Counted from the stretch's first letter, positions 8,345 to 17,856 are shown. The stretch: 50,123 nucleotides of DNA from Acidobacteriota bacterium (GCA_040005235.1 JBDTZG010000042.1:1-50123), one strand, 5' to 3'. A program made the numbers and translations. Notes: a model not told the origin generated them from the letters alone.

Positions 8345-8460
8345 TGGATAGCGGCTATCGGAGCCGGATAGCGGCTATCGGCGGCGACATAGCCTCTATC
8401 GGAGCCGGATAGCCGCTATCGGAGCTGGATAGCGGCTATCCGCGGTGGATAGCGGCTATC
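8345..8460. repeat. Right half of palindromic 20-bp tandem repeat array (about 5 units plus partial)
   Basis: Units start at 8354, 8374, 8395, 8415, 8435 and (partial) 8455; same GATAGC-S-GCTATC core as 3745-3843. Confidence 0.95.
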
Positions 8461-8582
8461 CGTCACCGAGTGGCACCCTCGGCGAGGGCGGGCCGATTTC
8501 CGCGGAGTAGCCGCCCTATCGCTCACGCCGGAGGCTGAGTGCCCGTAGGTGGACACTGCGGGCACTCGTGTTAGCCTAAAAC

Positions 8583-9527
8583 GTGCTTACCCCCCCAGCC
8601 TCCCCGATTTCTCGTCTGCTCGCACTCCTCCCCTTGCTCTCCGCTTTCGGCTGCGTTTCGCTCACCCCTTACGCCGAGATCCGGCGCGCTCTGCCGGATT
8701 CCGATCGCGTGACGATCGATGGCCGGACCGTCCACGTCGAGCAGCGCGGCTCGGGCGAGCCTCTTCTGCTTCTCCATGGTTTCGGCGAATCGACCTACTC
8801 GTGGCGAAAAGTCGTCCCGGCACTCTCCAAGGAATTCCGGACGATCGCGATCGACCTGAATGGCTTCGGCTACACCGAGCGCCCGAAAGACCGGGCGGCC
8901 TATTCACGCGACGGCCAGCTGCGGCTGATCCTTGGCGTGCTCGACGCGCTTGGGATCGAATCGGCTCACGTGGCGGGGCACTCCTACGGCGGCGCGCTGT
9001 CGCTCGCGCTCGCGGCGCGCCATCCGGAGCGGGTGCGGTCGCTGATCCTGATCGACAGTGCGGCGGTGACCTATCCGGACGAAAAGAAAGGCTTTGGCGC
9101 CAAGTCGCGCACGATCTCGCGCCTGGCGCTCGGAGTCGCGCTCCGGCCGAGCGCGATCCGGCGCAACCTCAAGAAGGCCTATCTCGACGATGCGATCGCG
9201 ACGCCTGAGGTCGCCCGCGAATACGCGGCCCGCCTGGCGATCGAAGGAGTCCTCGACGCCTACGCCGGCCTTTCCTTGCCCTCCCCGCCGGCCGGACCGC
9301 CGATCGATCTCGCGACGATCGACAAACCTTCGCTCTGGATTTGGGGCATCGAGGACCAAACGGTGAAGATCGCAGGCGGCCGCGCGGCGGCGGCCCGGAT
9401 GGCGGGCTCAAAGTTCGTCGAGATCGAAGGAAGCGGCCACTCGCCGATGGAAGAAAAGCCGGACGAGGTGATACGCGCGATCCTGCCGTTTCTTGAACAA
9501 CATCTTTCGTCGCCGGGCGCGCGATGA
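8583..9527 (+). CDS. Alpha/beta hydrolase, probable lipoprotein
   Basis: LLLHGFG, DLNGFG, nucleophile elbow GHSYGG, GIEDQ, SGHSPMEE; N-terminal LLPLLSAFGC lipobox-like. Confidence 0.9.
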   Translation: MLTPPASPISRLLALLPLLSAFGCVSLTPYAEIRRALPDSDRVTIDGRTVHVEQRGSGEPLLLLHGFGESTYSWRKVVPALSKEFRTIAIDLNGFGYTERPKDRAAYSRDGQLRLILGVLDALGIESAHVAGHSYGGALSLALAARHPERVRSLILIDSAAVTYPDEKKGFGAKSRTISRLALGVALRPSAIRRNLKKAYLDDAIATPEVAREYAARLAIEGVLDAYAGLSLPSPPAGPPIDLATIDKPSLWIWGIEDQTVKIAGGRAAAARMAGSKFVEIEGSGHSPMEEKPDEVIRAILPFLEQHLSSPGAR

Positions 9528-10726
9528 ACGCACCGACTTCTTCCACCCATTCGCTCGGACTGGTCGCGACCTGCGCGCTTGGCCTTGAGGATTTCGTCGC
9601 CGCCGAGCTGGCCGCACTGGTTCCTGGACGTATCGGGGAGATCGAAAAGAGCCGCGGTGCCGTGACGATCCCCGGCGACTGGACCGACGTCTACCGCGCG
9701 AACTGGCGCCTGCGCACCGCCAACCGCGTGCTGGTCGAGATCGCGAGCTTCGACGGCGTGGACGGCGAGGCGCTCTATCAGGGGGCCAAGGCGCTGGTTC
9801 TCGGCGGCGATCGTTTCGGCCCGACGGGGGCGTTGGGCTGGTTCGCCGATCTGCTACATCCCGACCGGACGTTCTCGATCCAGGCGACCACCGCGGGCTC
9901 CGAGATCCGCGACTCGCGATGGGCCGCGCTGCGGGTGAAGGACGGCATCGTCGACGCCCAACGCGAACGCTGGGGCCGGCGCGCGAACGTCGAGCGCGAA
10001 GACCCCGACCTGGCACTCCGCCTGCGCCTCCACCGCGACCGGGCGACCCTGTTGCTCGACACCTCGGGCGAACCGCTCGACCGGCGCGGCTACCGGCTCG
10101 ACGCGGGAGCCGCCCCGGTGCGCGAGCACCTCGCCGCCGCCTGCGTGCTCGCGGCAGGATGGGACGGCCAAGGGCCGATCGTCGATCCGATGTGCGGCGC
10201 GGGCACCCTGCTGATCGAAGCCGCCGACATCGCCCTCGGCCGCGCCCCCGGCCGGCTGCGCAAGAGCTTCGCCTTCGAGCGCCTCCCCGGCTTCGATTCC
10301 CGGCGCTACGCCCGAGTCCGCTCCGAGGCGATCCCGTCGCTCACTACACTCGAAACTCTCGTCCTCTACGGCAACGACCTCTCCGGCTCGGCCCTCGCCG
10401 CCGCCAAGGCGAACCTCGAACGCACCGACCTGCTGCCCCTCACCCACCTCACCCGCGGCGACGCCTTCGCCCTCGAAACCCCGGCGCCCGCACCCGGCCT
10501 CCTGCTCGTCAACCCGCCCCACGGTCACCGCCTCGAAGAACCGGGAGACCCCGGAGACCTCTGGCGTCAGCTCGGAGACCTGCTCAAACAACGCTTCCGC
10601 GGCTACCGCGCCGTCGTCCTAGCAGGCGAAAGCCAGGGCAAGGGCATCGGCTTGAAGCCCAAGCGCCGAATCCCGATCTGGAACGGGCCCTTGGAAGGGC
10701 GGATTTTGATTTTCGATTTGTATTGA
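9524..10726 (+). CDS. THUMP-domain class I SAM RNA methyltransferase (RlmL/YpsC-like)
   Basis: ATCALGLE, ANWRLRTANRVL, DTSGEPLDRRGYR, DPMCGAGT and NPPHG motifs. Confidence 0.9.
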   Translation: MNAPTSSTHSLGLVATCALGLEDFVAAELAALVPGRIGEIEKSRGAVTIPGDWTDVYRANWRLRTANRVLVEIASFDGVDGEALYQGAKALVLGGDRFGPTGALGWFADLLHPDRTFSIQATTAGSEIRDSRWAALRVKDGIVDAQRERWGRRANVEREDPDLALRLRLHRDRATLLLDTSGEPLDRRGYRLDAGAAPVREHLAAACVLAAGWDGQGPIVDPMCGAGTLLIEAADIALGRAPGRLRKSFAFERLPGFDSRRYARVRSEAIPSLTTLETLVLYGNDLSGSALAAAKANLERTDLLPLTHLTRGDAFALETPAPAPGLLLVNPPHGHRLEEPGDPGDLWRQLGDLLKQRFRGYRAVVLAGESQGKGIGLKPKRRIPIWNGPLEGRILIFDLY

Positions 10727-10739
10727 GGGCCCGGGATCG

Positions 10740-12227
10740 ATGACCAAGCGCGCCAGCAAGAAGGCCGAGAAGCCCGTGCCGCGAGGGGCCGAAGCGCGGA
10801 CGTTGCGCTCCGAGATCGCCCTCGGAGAGGACAGCACGCGCCAGTTCAAGCGCGACGTGACCAACCCCGATGCGCTCGCTGCCGAGATGGTCGCCTTCGC
10901 GAATGCGGAAGGCGGAACCCTCTACCTCGGCGTCGCCGACGACGGGACGATGCCAGGGTTGTCCGTCGACGACGTCTCCCGGCTCAACCAGCTCATCGCC
11001 AACACCGCGAGCCACGCCGTGCGCAGCCCTCTCACCGTGCAGACGAGGAACGTCGCCCTCTCTAAGGGCCGCGTCGTCATCGCACTCACGGTCCCTAAAG
11101 GTCTCGACAAGCCCTACTTCGACAAGAACGGCGTCATATGGCTGAAGTCCGGTGCGGACAAGCGGCGCCTCAATTCCAAGGAAGAGCTGCGCCGCCTCTT
11201 CCAGATGACGGATCAGTTTCACGCCGACGAGCTGCCCACGCGGGCGGGTCTCGATGCGCTCGACGAGCTACGCTTCCGCGACTTCTTGCGCGACACCTAC
11301 GGCCAGCGGCTTCCCGCTCGCCCAGCAGACCGCTTACGGATTCTGCAGAACATGAACTTGGCCACTGGCGAGGGTGTGCTCAACCTTGCGGGCCTGTTGA
11401 TCTTCGGAGAGCAACCCAACCGTTTCAAGCCGCAGTTCCTCGTCAAGGCGGTGAAGTACCCAGGCAGTGATATTCACACGACGCGTTACGACGACACTGA
11501 GGACTTCGGTGGCTCGCTGCGCCGCGTCTTCGACGATGCGCTCGCCTTCGTGTTCCGCAACCTGCGTAAGGTGCAGGCGGGGCGCGGCGTCAACAGCCCG
11601 GGTGTATCCGAGATCCCGCCGGTCGTCTTCGAGGAGCTGTTGGTCAATGCACTGGTCCACCGGGACTACCTGATTAGCGCGCCGATCCGTCTGTTCATCT
11701 TCGACGACCGAATAGAGATCATCAGCCCCGGAACGCTGCCGAACAATCTCACGGTCGAGAACATCCGCGTCGGTAACTCAAACCTTCGCAACCCCATCTT
11801 GGCGAGCTACGTCGCCAAAGGTGTATTGCCGTACCGGGGTCTCGGCTCGGGCGTACCCCGGGCGCTCGAGGCCTGGGCTGACATCGATTTTCGGGACGAC
11901 CGAGATGGCGCTCTCTTCGTGGCAACGGTTCGGCGGAAGAAGCTGGGACCCGAAGACTTGGCCGTCGGCGAAGGTACACCAGAAACTACCCAGAAAACTA
12001 CCCAGAAAACTACCCAGAAAACTACCCAGAAAACTACCCAGAAAACTACCCACAAAATCTTTGCTCTCATCGCAGAAGACCCCGGCGTCACCCGGCGACA
12101 GCTTGCGGAGGTGCTGGGGATCTCGTCCGACGGCGTGAAGTACCACCTGCGCAAGCTGCAAGAGCAAGGACTCCTCCGACGCATCGGGTCCGACAAGGGC
12201 GGCCGATGGAAGGTGGAGGCGAGATGA
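10740..12227 (+). CDS. AlbA_2 (Schlafen-like) domain + HATPase_c_4 (RecG-C-like) + winged-HTH protein
   Basis: GEDSTRQFK, VAFANAEGGTLYLGVADDG, ELLVNALVHRDY, FDDRIEIISPG, LRNPIL; C-terminal HTH ending RIGSDKGGRW. Confidence 0.9.
   Translation: MTKRASKKAEKPVPRGAEARTLRSEIALGEDSTRQFKRDVTNPDALAAEMVAFANAEGGTLYLGVADDGTMPGLSVDDVSRLNQLIANTASHAVRSPLTVQTRNVALSKGRVVIALTVPKGLDKPYFDKNGVIWLKSGADKRRLNSKEELRRLFQMTDQFHADELPTRAGLDALDELRFRDFLRDTYGQRLPARPADRLRILQNMNLATGEGVLNLAGLLIFGEQPNRFKPQFLVKAVKYPGSDIHTTRYDDTEDFGGSLRRVFDDALAFVFRNLRKVQAGRGVNSPGVSEIPPVVFEELLVNALVHRDYLISAPIRLFIFDDRIEIISPGTLPNNLTVENIRVGNSNLRNPILASYVAKGVLPYRGLGSGVPRALEAWADIDFRDDRDGALFVATVRRKKLGPEDLAVGEGTPETTQKTTQKTTQKTTQKTTQKTTHKIFALIAEDPGVTRRQLAEVLGISSDGVKYHLRKLQEQGLLRRIGSDKGGRWKVEAR
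11985..12056 (+). repeat. In-frame 12-bp tandem repeat encoding (TTQK)5-TTHK
   Basis: Five perfect ACTACCCAGAAA copies followed by ACTACCCACAAA. Confidence 0.97.
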
Positions 12228-12351
12228 GGGGATCGCCTTCTGAGTGACTTCCCCCAAGATCCTCCCTAGAGAGGATTCCCTCGCCGGCTGCGGGGGTCTA
12301 TCGTGTCGGCTGTTTCAGCCCTAACGATTCCCCAACGAGAAAGGATGCCTC

Positions 12352-12852
12352 ATGCTTCGGACCCGTCTCTCCCTCCCCACCCTCCTCCTGGCCGTCGCCG
12401 CTCTCGCCGCTCCCCCGCTCGCCTACGCCGAATCCGCCAACGACTACGCGGGGACTTACACCGCGACGCTCCCGGAGCGGGCGGAGATCCTCAACCTGCA
12501 CGCCGATGGCACGGCGGAGATCACGCTCTCGGACCAGGTGACCTCAGGCGCCGGGGGGTTCACGTTCAGCGACAGTTTCGGATCGTGGAAGAGGACCGGA
12601 CCACGGCACCTCGTCGCCCGGTTCCTGAACTTGAACTTCGACGTCACCACCCCGGCAGCCACCTACTCCGGCGTCGCGGTCGTCGACTACGTGTACCAGT
12701 TCGCGCCGAACTTGAAGACCTTCGCCGCCAGCTGCCAGGGGAAGATCTTCCCGCCGGGCACGGACCCGTTCAATCCGGCGTCGGTCCCGGTGACGACGTT
12801 CGATTGCGCCTATCTGGACGGATTTCATTACCAGCGGATGCCGCTGCCGTAG
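12352..12852 (+). CDS. Secreted hypothetical protein (beta-rich)
   Basis: Signal peptide ending LAYA; AAGGA SD; two Cys. Confidence 0.8.
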   Translation: MLRTRLSLPTLLLAVAALAAPPLAYAESANDYAGTYTATLPERAEILNLHADGTAEITLSDQVTSGAGGFTFSDSFGSWKRTGPRHLVARFLNLNFDVTTPAATYSGVAVVDYVYQFAPNLKTFAASCQGKIFPPGTDPFNPASVPVTTFDCAYLDGFHYQRMPLP

Positions 12853-12955
12853 GGAACGCCCAACGCGGACTCTTTCACCGGCTCGCAGAACCTAAGGAAA
12901 CGCACCTTTGATTTGTGAGCGGCGATCCGGCCGTTCCCAGAGAGAAGGGGCACCG

Positions 12956-13123
12956 ATGAACGCGAAGTCCAAGAAGAAGCTGAATCTGAACCACGAGACC
13001 GTCCGCCGGCTGACCGATCGCGAGGTACTGGGCGTCGTCGGCGGCGTGACCCGAAACTGTACCGGAACGGACACCTGCACCGATAGCTGCGGTATGTGTA
13101 CGGGTAACACCTGCCTCTGCTGA
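12956..13123 (+). CDS. Lanthipeptide-like RiPP precursor, 55 aa
   Basis: Leader MNAKSKKKLNLNHETVRRL...VVGG (KKLxLxxET motif, double Gly) and Cys/Thr/Ser-rich core VTRNCTGTDTCTDSCGMCTGNTCLC; AGAAGGGG SD. Confidence 0.85.
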   Translation: MNAKSKKKLNLNHETVRRLTDREVLGVVGGVTRNCTGTDTCTDSCGMCTGNTCLC

Positions 13124-13148
13124 GATTTTCCGCCTGACCCGATATCTG

Positions 13149-13186
13149 GGGGAGAGCGCCGGAGCTTTCCAATCGGCGCTCTCCCC
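13149..13186 (+). terminator. Strong GC hairpin after the precursor (terminator or stabiliser)
   Basis: GGGGAGAGCGCC (13149-13160) pairs with GGCGCTCTCCCC (13175-13186); no clear U-tract. Confidence 0.55.
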
Positions 13187-13190
13187 TGCC

Positions 13191-13247
13191 CTACGCACCA
13201 CCCTCTGCACCGTCGACACCTGCACCGACGACTCCTGTTTCTGCTGA
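13191..13247 (+). pseudogene. Headless remnant of a second RiPP precursor core
   Basis: Reads LRTTLCTVDTCTDDSCFC-stop, similar to the first core; no ATG or leader between it and the first precursor's stop. Confidence 0.6.
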
Positions 13248-13256
13248 ATCGAACTG

Positions 13257-13294
13257 GAGACGCCCCGACCGGGAATCCTGTCCCGGGGCGTCTC
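13257..13294 (+). terminator. Second GC hairpin after the core remnant
   Basis: GAGACGCCCCG (13257-13267) pairs with CGGGGCGTCTC (13284-13294), followed by a pyrimidine run. Confidence 0.55.
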
Positions 13295-13353
13295 TTCCCC
13301 CCTCTCCGGCGCTGATACCATGTCGCGCCAGCCCGCCCAACCGGAGAGAACCT

Positions 13354-14712
13354 ATGGCCGACGAGAACGCCGTTCCCCTGCCGCAGCCGAAGCCCTGGTA
13401 TCGACTGTCGCTCACCACCTGGATCATGGTCGGTCTGGTGGCGGGCGGATTCCTCGGTTGGATCCGGCCCGATTGGGGCAACAACGTCTACTTCCTGCGC
13501 GACATCTTCCTGAATCTGATCAAGTCGATCATCGCGCCGTTGGTGTTCTCGACCCTGGTGGTCGGCATCGCGGGGGGCGGCGATTTGAAGAAGATCGGCC
13601 GGATGGGCGCCAAGGCGCTGATCTACTTCGAGATCGTCACCACCATCGCGCTGTTCATCGGCCTCGCGGTCGTCAACCTGACCAAGCCGGGCGTGGGCGT
13701 GGCGCTGGCGGCGACCGGCAACGAGACGGTCGCGAAGATCGGCGAGAACCATCCGAAGACGCTGGTCGAGACGATCGTCCACATCTTTCCGTCGAGCATC
13801 GTCGACGCGATGGTGAAGAATGACATCCTGCAGATCGTCGCCTTCTCGGTGCTGTTCGCGATGGCGCTCACCGCCATCGGCGAGAAGGGCAAGCCGATCC
13901 TGCGCGCGATGGACAGCCTGTCGCAGATCATGTTCCGCTTTACCAGTTACGTGATGATGTTCGCGCCGATCGGCGTGGGTGCGGCGATGGCGCACACGAT
14001 CGCCACCCAAGGGCTGGGGGTGCTGGTCAACCTCGGCAAGCTGATCGGCTCGCTCTACCTCGCGCTGATCCTGTTCGTCGTGGTCGTCTTGGGGTCCGTC
14101 GCCCTCTTGTTCCGCATCCCGATCAAGAAGTTCTTGAAGGCGGTTCGCGAGCCGGCGACGATCGCCTTCGCCACCACCAGCAGCGAGTCGGCTCTCCCCA
14201 AGGCGATGGAGGTCATGGAGCGCCTGGGCGTGCCGCCGCGGATCGTCGGCTTCGTGATGCCTACGGGGTACAGCTTCAACCTCGACGGCACTACTCTCTA
14301 TCTCGCGATGGCCTCCGTCTTCATCGCCCAAGCGGCGGAGGCGACCACGGGTCACCATATGAACTTCAGCACCCAACTGGTGATGATGCTGACGTTGATG
14401 ATCACCTCCAAAGGAATCGCGGGGGTGCCGCGCGCCTCGCTGGTGATTCTCCTTGCGACCGCGAGCAGCTTCCTGCCCGAGGGGCTCGGCCCGATCGGCG
14501 TCGCGGTGATTTTCGGCGTCGACGAGCTGATGGACATGGGGCGCACCTGCGTCAACGTGATCGGCAACTGCCTTGCAACTTGCGTCGTGGCACGCTGGGA
14601 AGGGGAATTCGACGACCACCGCGCGAGCGTGTTCGGCACGCCGAACGAGGCAAGGCTCGATCTGGCGGAAGGCGAACCGGCGTTCGTTCGCGCGCTGGAG
14701 CTGGGAGACTGA
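13354..14712 (+). CDS. Dicarboxylate/amino acid:cation symporter (DAACS; GltP/DctA family)
   Basis: IIAPLVFSTLVVGI, AFATTSSESALP, PTGYSFNLDGT, TSKGIAGVP and DMGRTCVNVIGN motifs; many TM helices. Confidence 0.95.
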   Translation: MADENAVPLPQPKPWYRLSLTTWIMVGLVAGGFLGWIRPDWGNNVYFLRDIFLNLIKSIIAPLVFSTLVVGIAGGGDLKKIGRMGAKALIYFEIVTTIALFIGLAVVNLTKPGVGVALAATGNETVAKIGENHPKTLVETIVHIFPSSIVDAMVKNDILQIVAFSVLFAMALTAIGEKGKPILRAMDSLSQIMFRFTSYVMMFAPIGVGAAMAHTIATQGLGVLVNLGKLIGSLYLALILFVVVVLGSVALLFRIPIKKFLKAVREPATIAFATTSSESALPKAMEVMERLGVPPRIVGFVMPTGYSFNLDGTTLYLAMASVFIAQAAEATTGHHMNFSTQLVMMLTLMITSKGIAGVPRASLVILLATASSFLPEGLGPIGVAVIFGVDELMDMGRTCVNVIGNCLATCVVARWEGEFDDHRASVFGTPNEARLDLAEGEPAFVRALELGD

Positions 14713-14713
14713 G

Positions 14714-17700
14714 ATGCCCCACCGCCGCGCGCTCGCCGCAATCGCAGAGATCGCCGCCGCCCTATTGCTCGCCGCATCGACCGCGCTCGCGGCGGCCGAG
14801 CCGGTCGATCCACGCCTGTTCCAGGATCTCCACTGGCGCCTGATCGGCCCGTTCCGCGGCGGGCGCGTGCTCGCGGTGGCGGGCGTGCCGGGCGAAGGGG
14901 AAAAAGAGCATTTCTACTTCGGCAGCGTAAATGGCGGCGTCTGGGAAACCCGCGACTCCGGCCGCACCTGGAAGCCGATCTTCGACGCGCAGCCGATCGG
15001 CTCGATCGGCGCGTTGGCCGTGGCACCGTCGGACCCCAAAGTCCTCTACGTCGGCTCGGGCGAGGCGGACATGCGTTCGGACATTTCCCAGGGCGACGGG
15101 ATGTACAAGTCGACCGACGGCGGTCGGACCTGGGGACATACGGGACTCACCGATTCGCAGCAGATCGGCCGCATCCTGATCCATCCGACGAATCCGAATC
15201 TCGTCTACGTCGCCGCCCTCGGCCATCCTTATGGTCCGAATGCGGAGCGCGGTGTCTACCGCTCGAAAGACGGCGGCGCGAGCTGGCAAAAGGTGCTCGG
15301 CGGCCCGGGCGAAGCGGCGAAAAACGTAGGCGCCACCGACCTCGCGTTCGAGCCCGGCAACCCGCAGGTGATCTACGCCGCTCTCTGGCAGACACGCCGA
15401 CCACCCTGGAGCGTCTACCCGCCCTCGAACGGCCCGGGCAGCGGGCTCTATAAATCGATCGACGGCGGCGACCACTGGACGCAACTCTCCGGCCACGGCT
15501 TTCCCGCCAAGCCCGGCCGCATCGGCCTTTCGGTCGCCCCCTCCCGGCCTAACCGAGTCTACGCGATGGTCGACGACCCGGAAGCCGGCGGCCTCTACCG
15601 CTCGGACGACGGTGGGGCGACCTGGTCGCTAGGGAGCAACGACAAGCGGATCTGGGGGCGCGGCTGGTATTTCGCGGGCATCACCGCAGATCCGAAGAAT
15701 CCCGACGTGCTCTACGCCTGCAACACCAATCTGTACCGCTCGGACGATGCGGGGAAGACCTTCGTGCCAATCCAAGGCGCTCCCGGCGGCGACGACTACC
15801 ACGAGCTGTGGATCGATCGGGAGAATCCGGCGCGGCGCATCCTCGGAACCGACCAGGGAGCCGTCGTTTCGCAAAACGGCGGCGCCTCCTGGAGCTCCTG
15901 GTACAACCAGCCGACAGGGCAGTTCTACCACGTGATCACCGACGGCAGATTCCCCTACTGGATCTACGGCTCGCAGCAGGACTCGGGCGCCGCGGGAGTG
16001 CCGAGCCGGACCGGAGCGATCGACGGCATCAACCTCACCCATTTCCGCGAGATGACCGCGGGGGGCGAGAGCGACAACGTCGCGCCCGATCCGCGGGACC
16101 CGAATATCCTTTACGGCGGCCGGGTGGACCGGCTCGACCTGCGCACCGAGCAGACCCGATCGATCTCGCCGACGCTCGCCTACCCCGACCGCTACCGGGG
16201 GGAGTGGACGCTGCCGCTGGTGTTTTCGCACCGCGATCCGCGCGTCCTCTACTTCTCGCACCAGCGGTTGTTCCGCACCGAGGATGGCGGAGAGCATTGG
16301 ACGGTGATCAGTCCCGACCTCACGCGGGAAAACCCGGGCGCGCCGGCCAATCTGGATCCGACGACCGCCGCCGACATCGACGACCCCGGTCCGCGCCGCG
16401 CCGTGATCTACGCCATTGCGCCGTCGCGCCTGGCCGATCATGACCTCTGGGTCGGGACCGACGACGGCCTAATCTGGCGCACCCAGGACGAAGGCGGGCA
16501 TTGGGAGAACGTCACGCCGGCCCAACTCTCCCCCTGGTCCAAGGTGGGCATTCTCGAAACCTCGCACTTCGACGCCGAAACCGCCTACGCCGCGATCGAT
16601 CGCCACCGGCTGGACGATTTCAAGCCCTACGTCTATCGGACAAACGATGGCGGCAAGAGCTGGAGCCTGATCGTCGACGGAATTCCGGACGGCAGCTTCG
16701 CCAACGCCGTGCGCGAGGATCCCGTGCGCAAAGGCCTGCTCTACGCCGGCACCGAAAAGGGGGTCTACGTCTCGTTCGACGACGGCGGGCATTGGCAGCC
16801 GCTGCAGAACGGCCTGCCCGCTACCTCCGTGCGCGACCTTGCAGTCCACGGCGAGGATCTCGTGATCGCCACCCACGGCCGGGCGTTCTGGGTGCTGGAC
16901 GACCTCTCCCCGCTCCGCCAACTCACCCCCGCGGTGGCTTCTGACGCCGCCTGGTTGTTTGCGCCGGCACCGGCGATCCGCATGCGAAGCGGCGAGTTTG
17001 CCGGCACGCCGATGCCCAAAGACGAGCCGCGGGCGGAAAATCCCCCGCCGGGCGCCGTCATCGACTACCTCTTGAAAACCGCCGCAATGGGGCCGGTGAC
17101 GCTCACGATCCGCGACGAGCAGGGCGGGCTCGTGCGGCGCTACAGCTCCAACGATCCCAACCCCGCGCCGGATCTCTCGAAGCTGGGCACCGCGCCGCAG
17201 TGGGTCGTCTCCCCTTCCATCCTCTCGAACGCACCGGGCATGCACCGCTTTGCCTGGCCGCTTCATTACGCGACGCACGAGGCATTCCAAAAGGCCACGG
17301 GGCGCCGTCACGCGACCGACGGAGTCTGGGCTCCCCCCGGCCGCTATCGCGTGGCGCTTGAAGTCGACGGCACCACCCGAACGCAAGACCTAGAAGTACG
17401 GACCGATCCCCGAGTGACCGCGGACCCAGACGCCTACGCCCGGCAATTCGCCCTGGCGCGCCGGATCGAAGAGGCCCGCGCGAAGCTCGTGCCGGTCCTT
17501 GACCGGAGCGACGCGTTGCTCGCGGACCTCGCAGAGAGCGCCAAGAGCCCCGATCCGAAGATCGTCCAAGAAGCCGAACATCTGAAAGCGAAAGCCGTCG
17601 CGCTACTGGGTTCCGGCCCCGACGGCGGCCCCACGCCGCTTGCCTCCTTGAGCTTCATAAGCTCCCGGCTGGACCAACTCGCCGACACCGTCGAGAGCGC

Positions 17701-17827
17701 CGACGCCGCCCCTTCGCCGGATGTGGTCACGGGCTTCGATCAAACCCAGACGATCCTCGAAGGTGCGCTCGCCGCCTGGGCGGCGTTTGAAGCGAAGGAT
17801 CTGAAGGGGTACAAGGCACGGTTCTAG
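14714..17827 (+). CDS. Secreted BNR/Asp-box (VPS10/sortilin-like) beta-propeller glycosyl-hydrolase-like protein
   Basis: Signal peptide from ATG 14714; WRLIGPFRGGR; many S/T-x-D-G-G-x-T/S-W Asp boxes; ATHGRAFWVLDD. Confidence 0.9.
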   Translation: MPHRRALAAIAEIAAALLLAASTALAAAEPVDPRLFQDLHWRLIGPFRGGRVLAVAGVPGEGEKEHFYFGSVNGGVWETRDSGRTWKPIFDAQPIGSIGALAVAPSDPKVLYVGSGEADMRSDISQGDGMYKSTDGGRTWGHTGLTDSQQIGRILIHPTNPNLVYVAALGHPYGPNAERGVYRSKDGGASWQKVLGGPGEAAKNVGATDLAFEPGNPQVIYAALWQTRRPPWSVYPPSNGPGSGLYKSIDGGDHWTQLSGHGFPAKPGRIGLSVAPSRPNRVYAMVDDPEAGGLYRSDDGGATWSLGSNDKRIWGRGWYFAGITADPKNPDVLYACNTNLYRSDDAGKTFVPIQGAPGGDDYHELWIDRENPARRILGTDQGAVVSQNGGASWSSWYNQPTGQFYHVITDGRFPYWIYGSQQDSGAAGVPSRTGAIDGINLTHFREMTAGGESDNVAPDPRDPNILYGGRVDRLDLRTEQTRSISPTLAYPDRYRGEWTLPLVFSHRDPRVLYFSHQRLFRTEDGGEHWTVISPDLTRENPGAPANLDPTTAADIDDPGPRRAVIYAIAPSRLADHDLWVGTDDGLIWRTQDEGGHWENVTPAQLSPWSKVGILETSHFDAETAYAAIDRHRLDDFKPYVYRTNDGGKSWSLIVDGIPDGSFANAVREDPVRKGLLYAGTEKGVYVSFDDGGHWQPLQNGLPATSVRDLAVHGEDLVIATHGRAFWVLDDLSPLRQLTPAVASDAAWLFAPAPAIRMRSGEFAGTPMPKDEPRAENPPPGAVIDYLLKTAAMGPVTLTIRDEQGGLVRRYSSNDPNPAPDLSKLGTAPQWVVSPSILSNAPGMHRFAWPLHYATHEAFQKATGRRHATDGVWAPPGRYRVALEVDGTTRTQDLEVRTDPRVTADPDAYARQFALARRIEEARAKLVPVLDRSDALLADLAESAKSPDPKIVQEAEHLKAKAVALLGSGPDGGPTPLASLSFISSRLDQLADTVESADAAPSPDVVTGFDQTQTILEGALAAWAAFEAKDLKGYKARF

Positions 17828-17856
17828 ATTCTTGCCTGTTTGTGATCCGGCTTTTC

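Noticed and set aside
3745-8460. Palindromic repeat array as a CRISPR array
   Set aside because: The 13-bp repeat and 7-nt spacers are far too short, spacers recur, and there are no cas genes
12892-14619. 575-aa minus-strand ORF
   Set aside because: Antisense to the DAACS symporter and RiPP precursor; no family motifs
14573-14713. N-terminal extension of the BNR protein
   Set aside because: Overlaps the symporter; the signal peptide starts at ATG 14714
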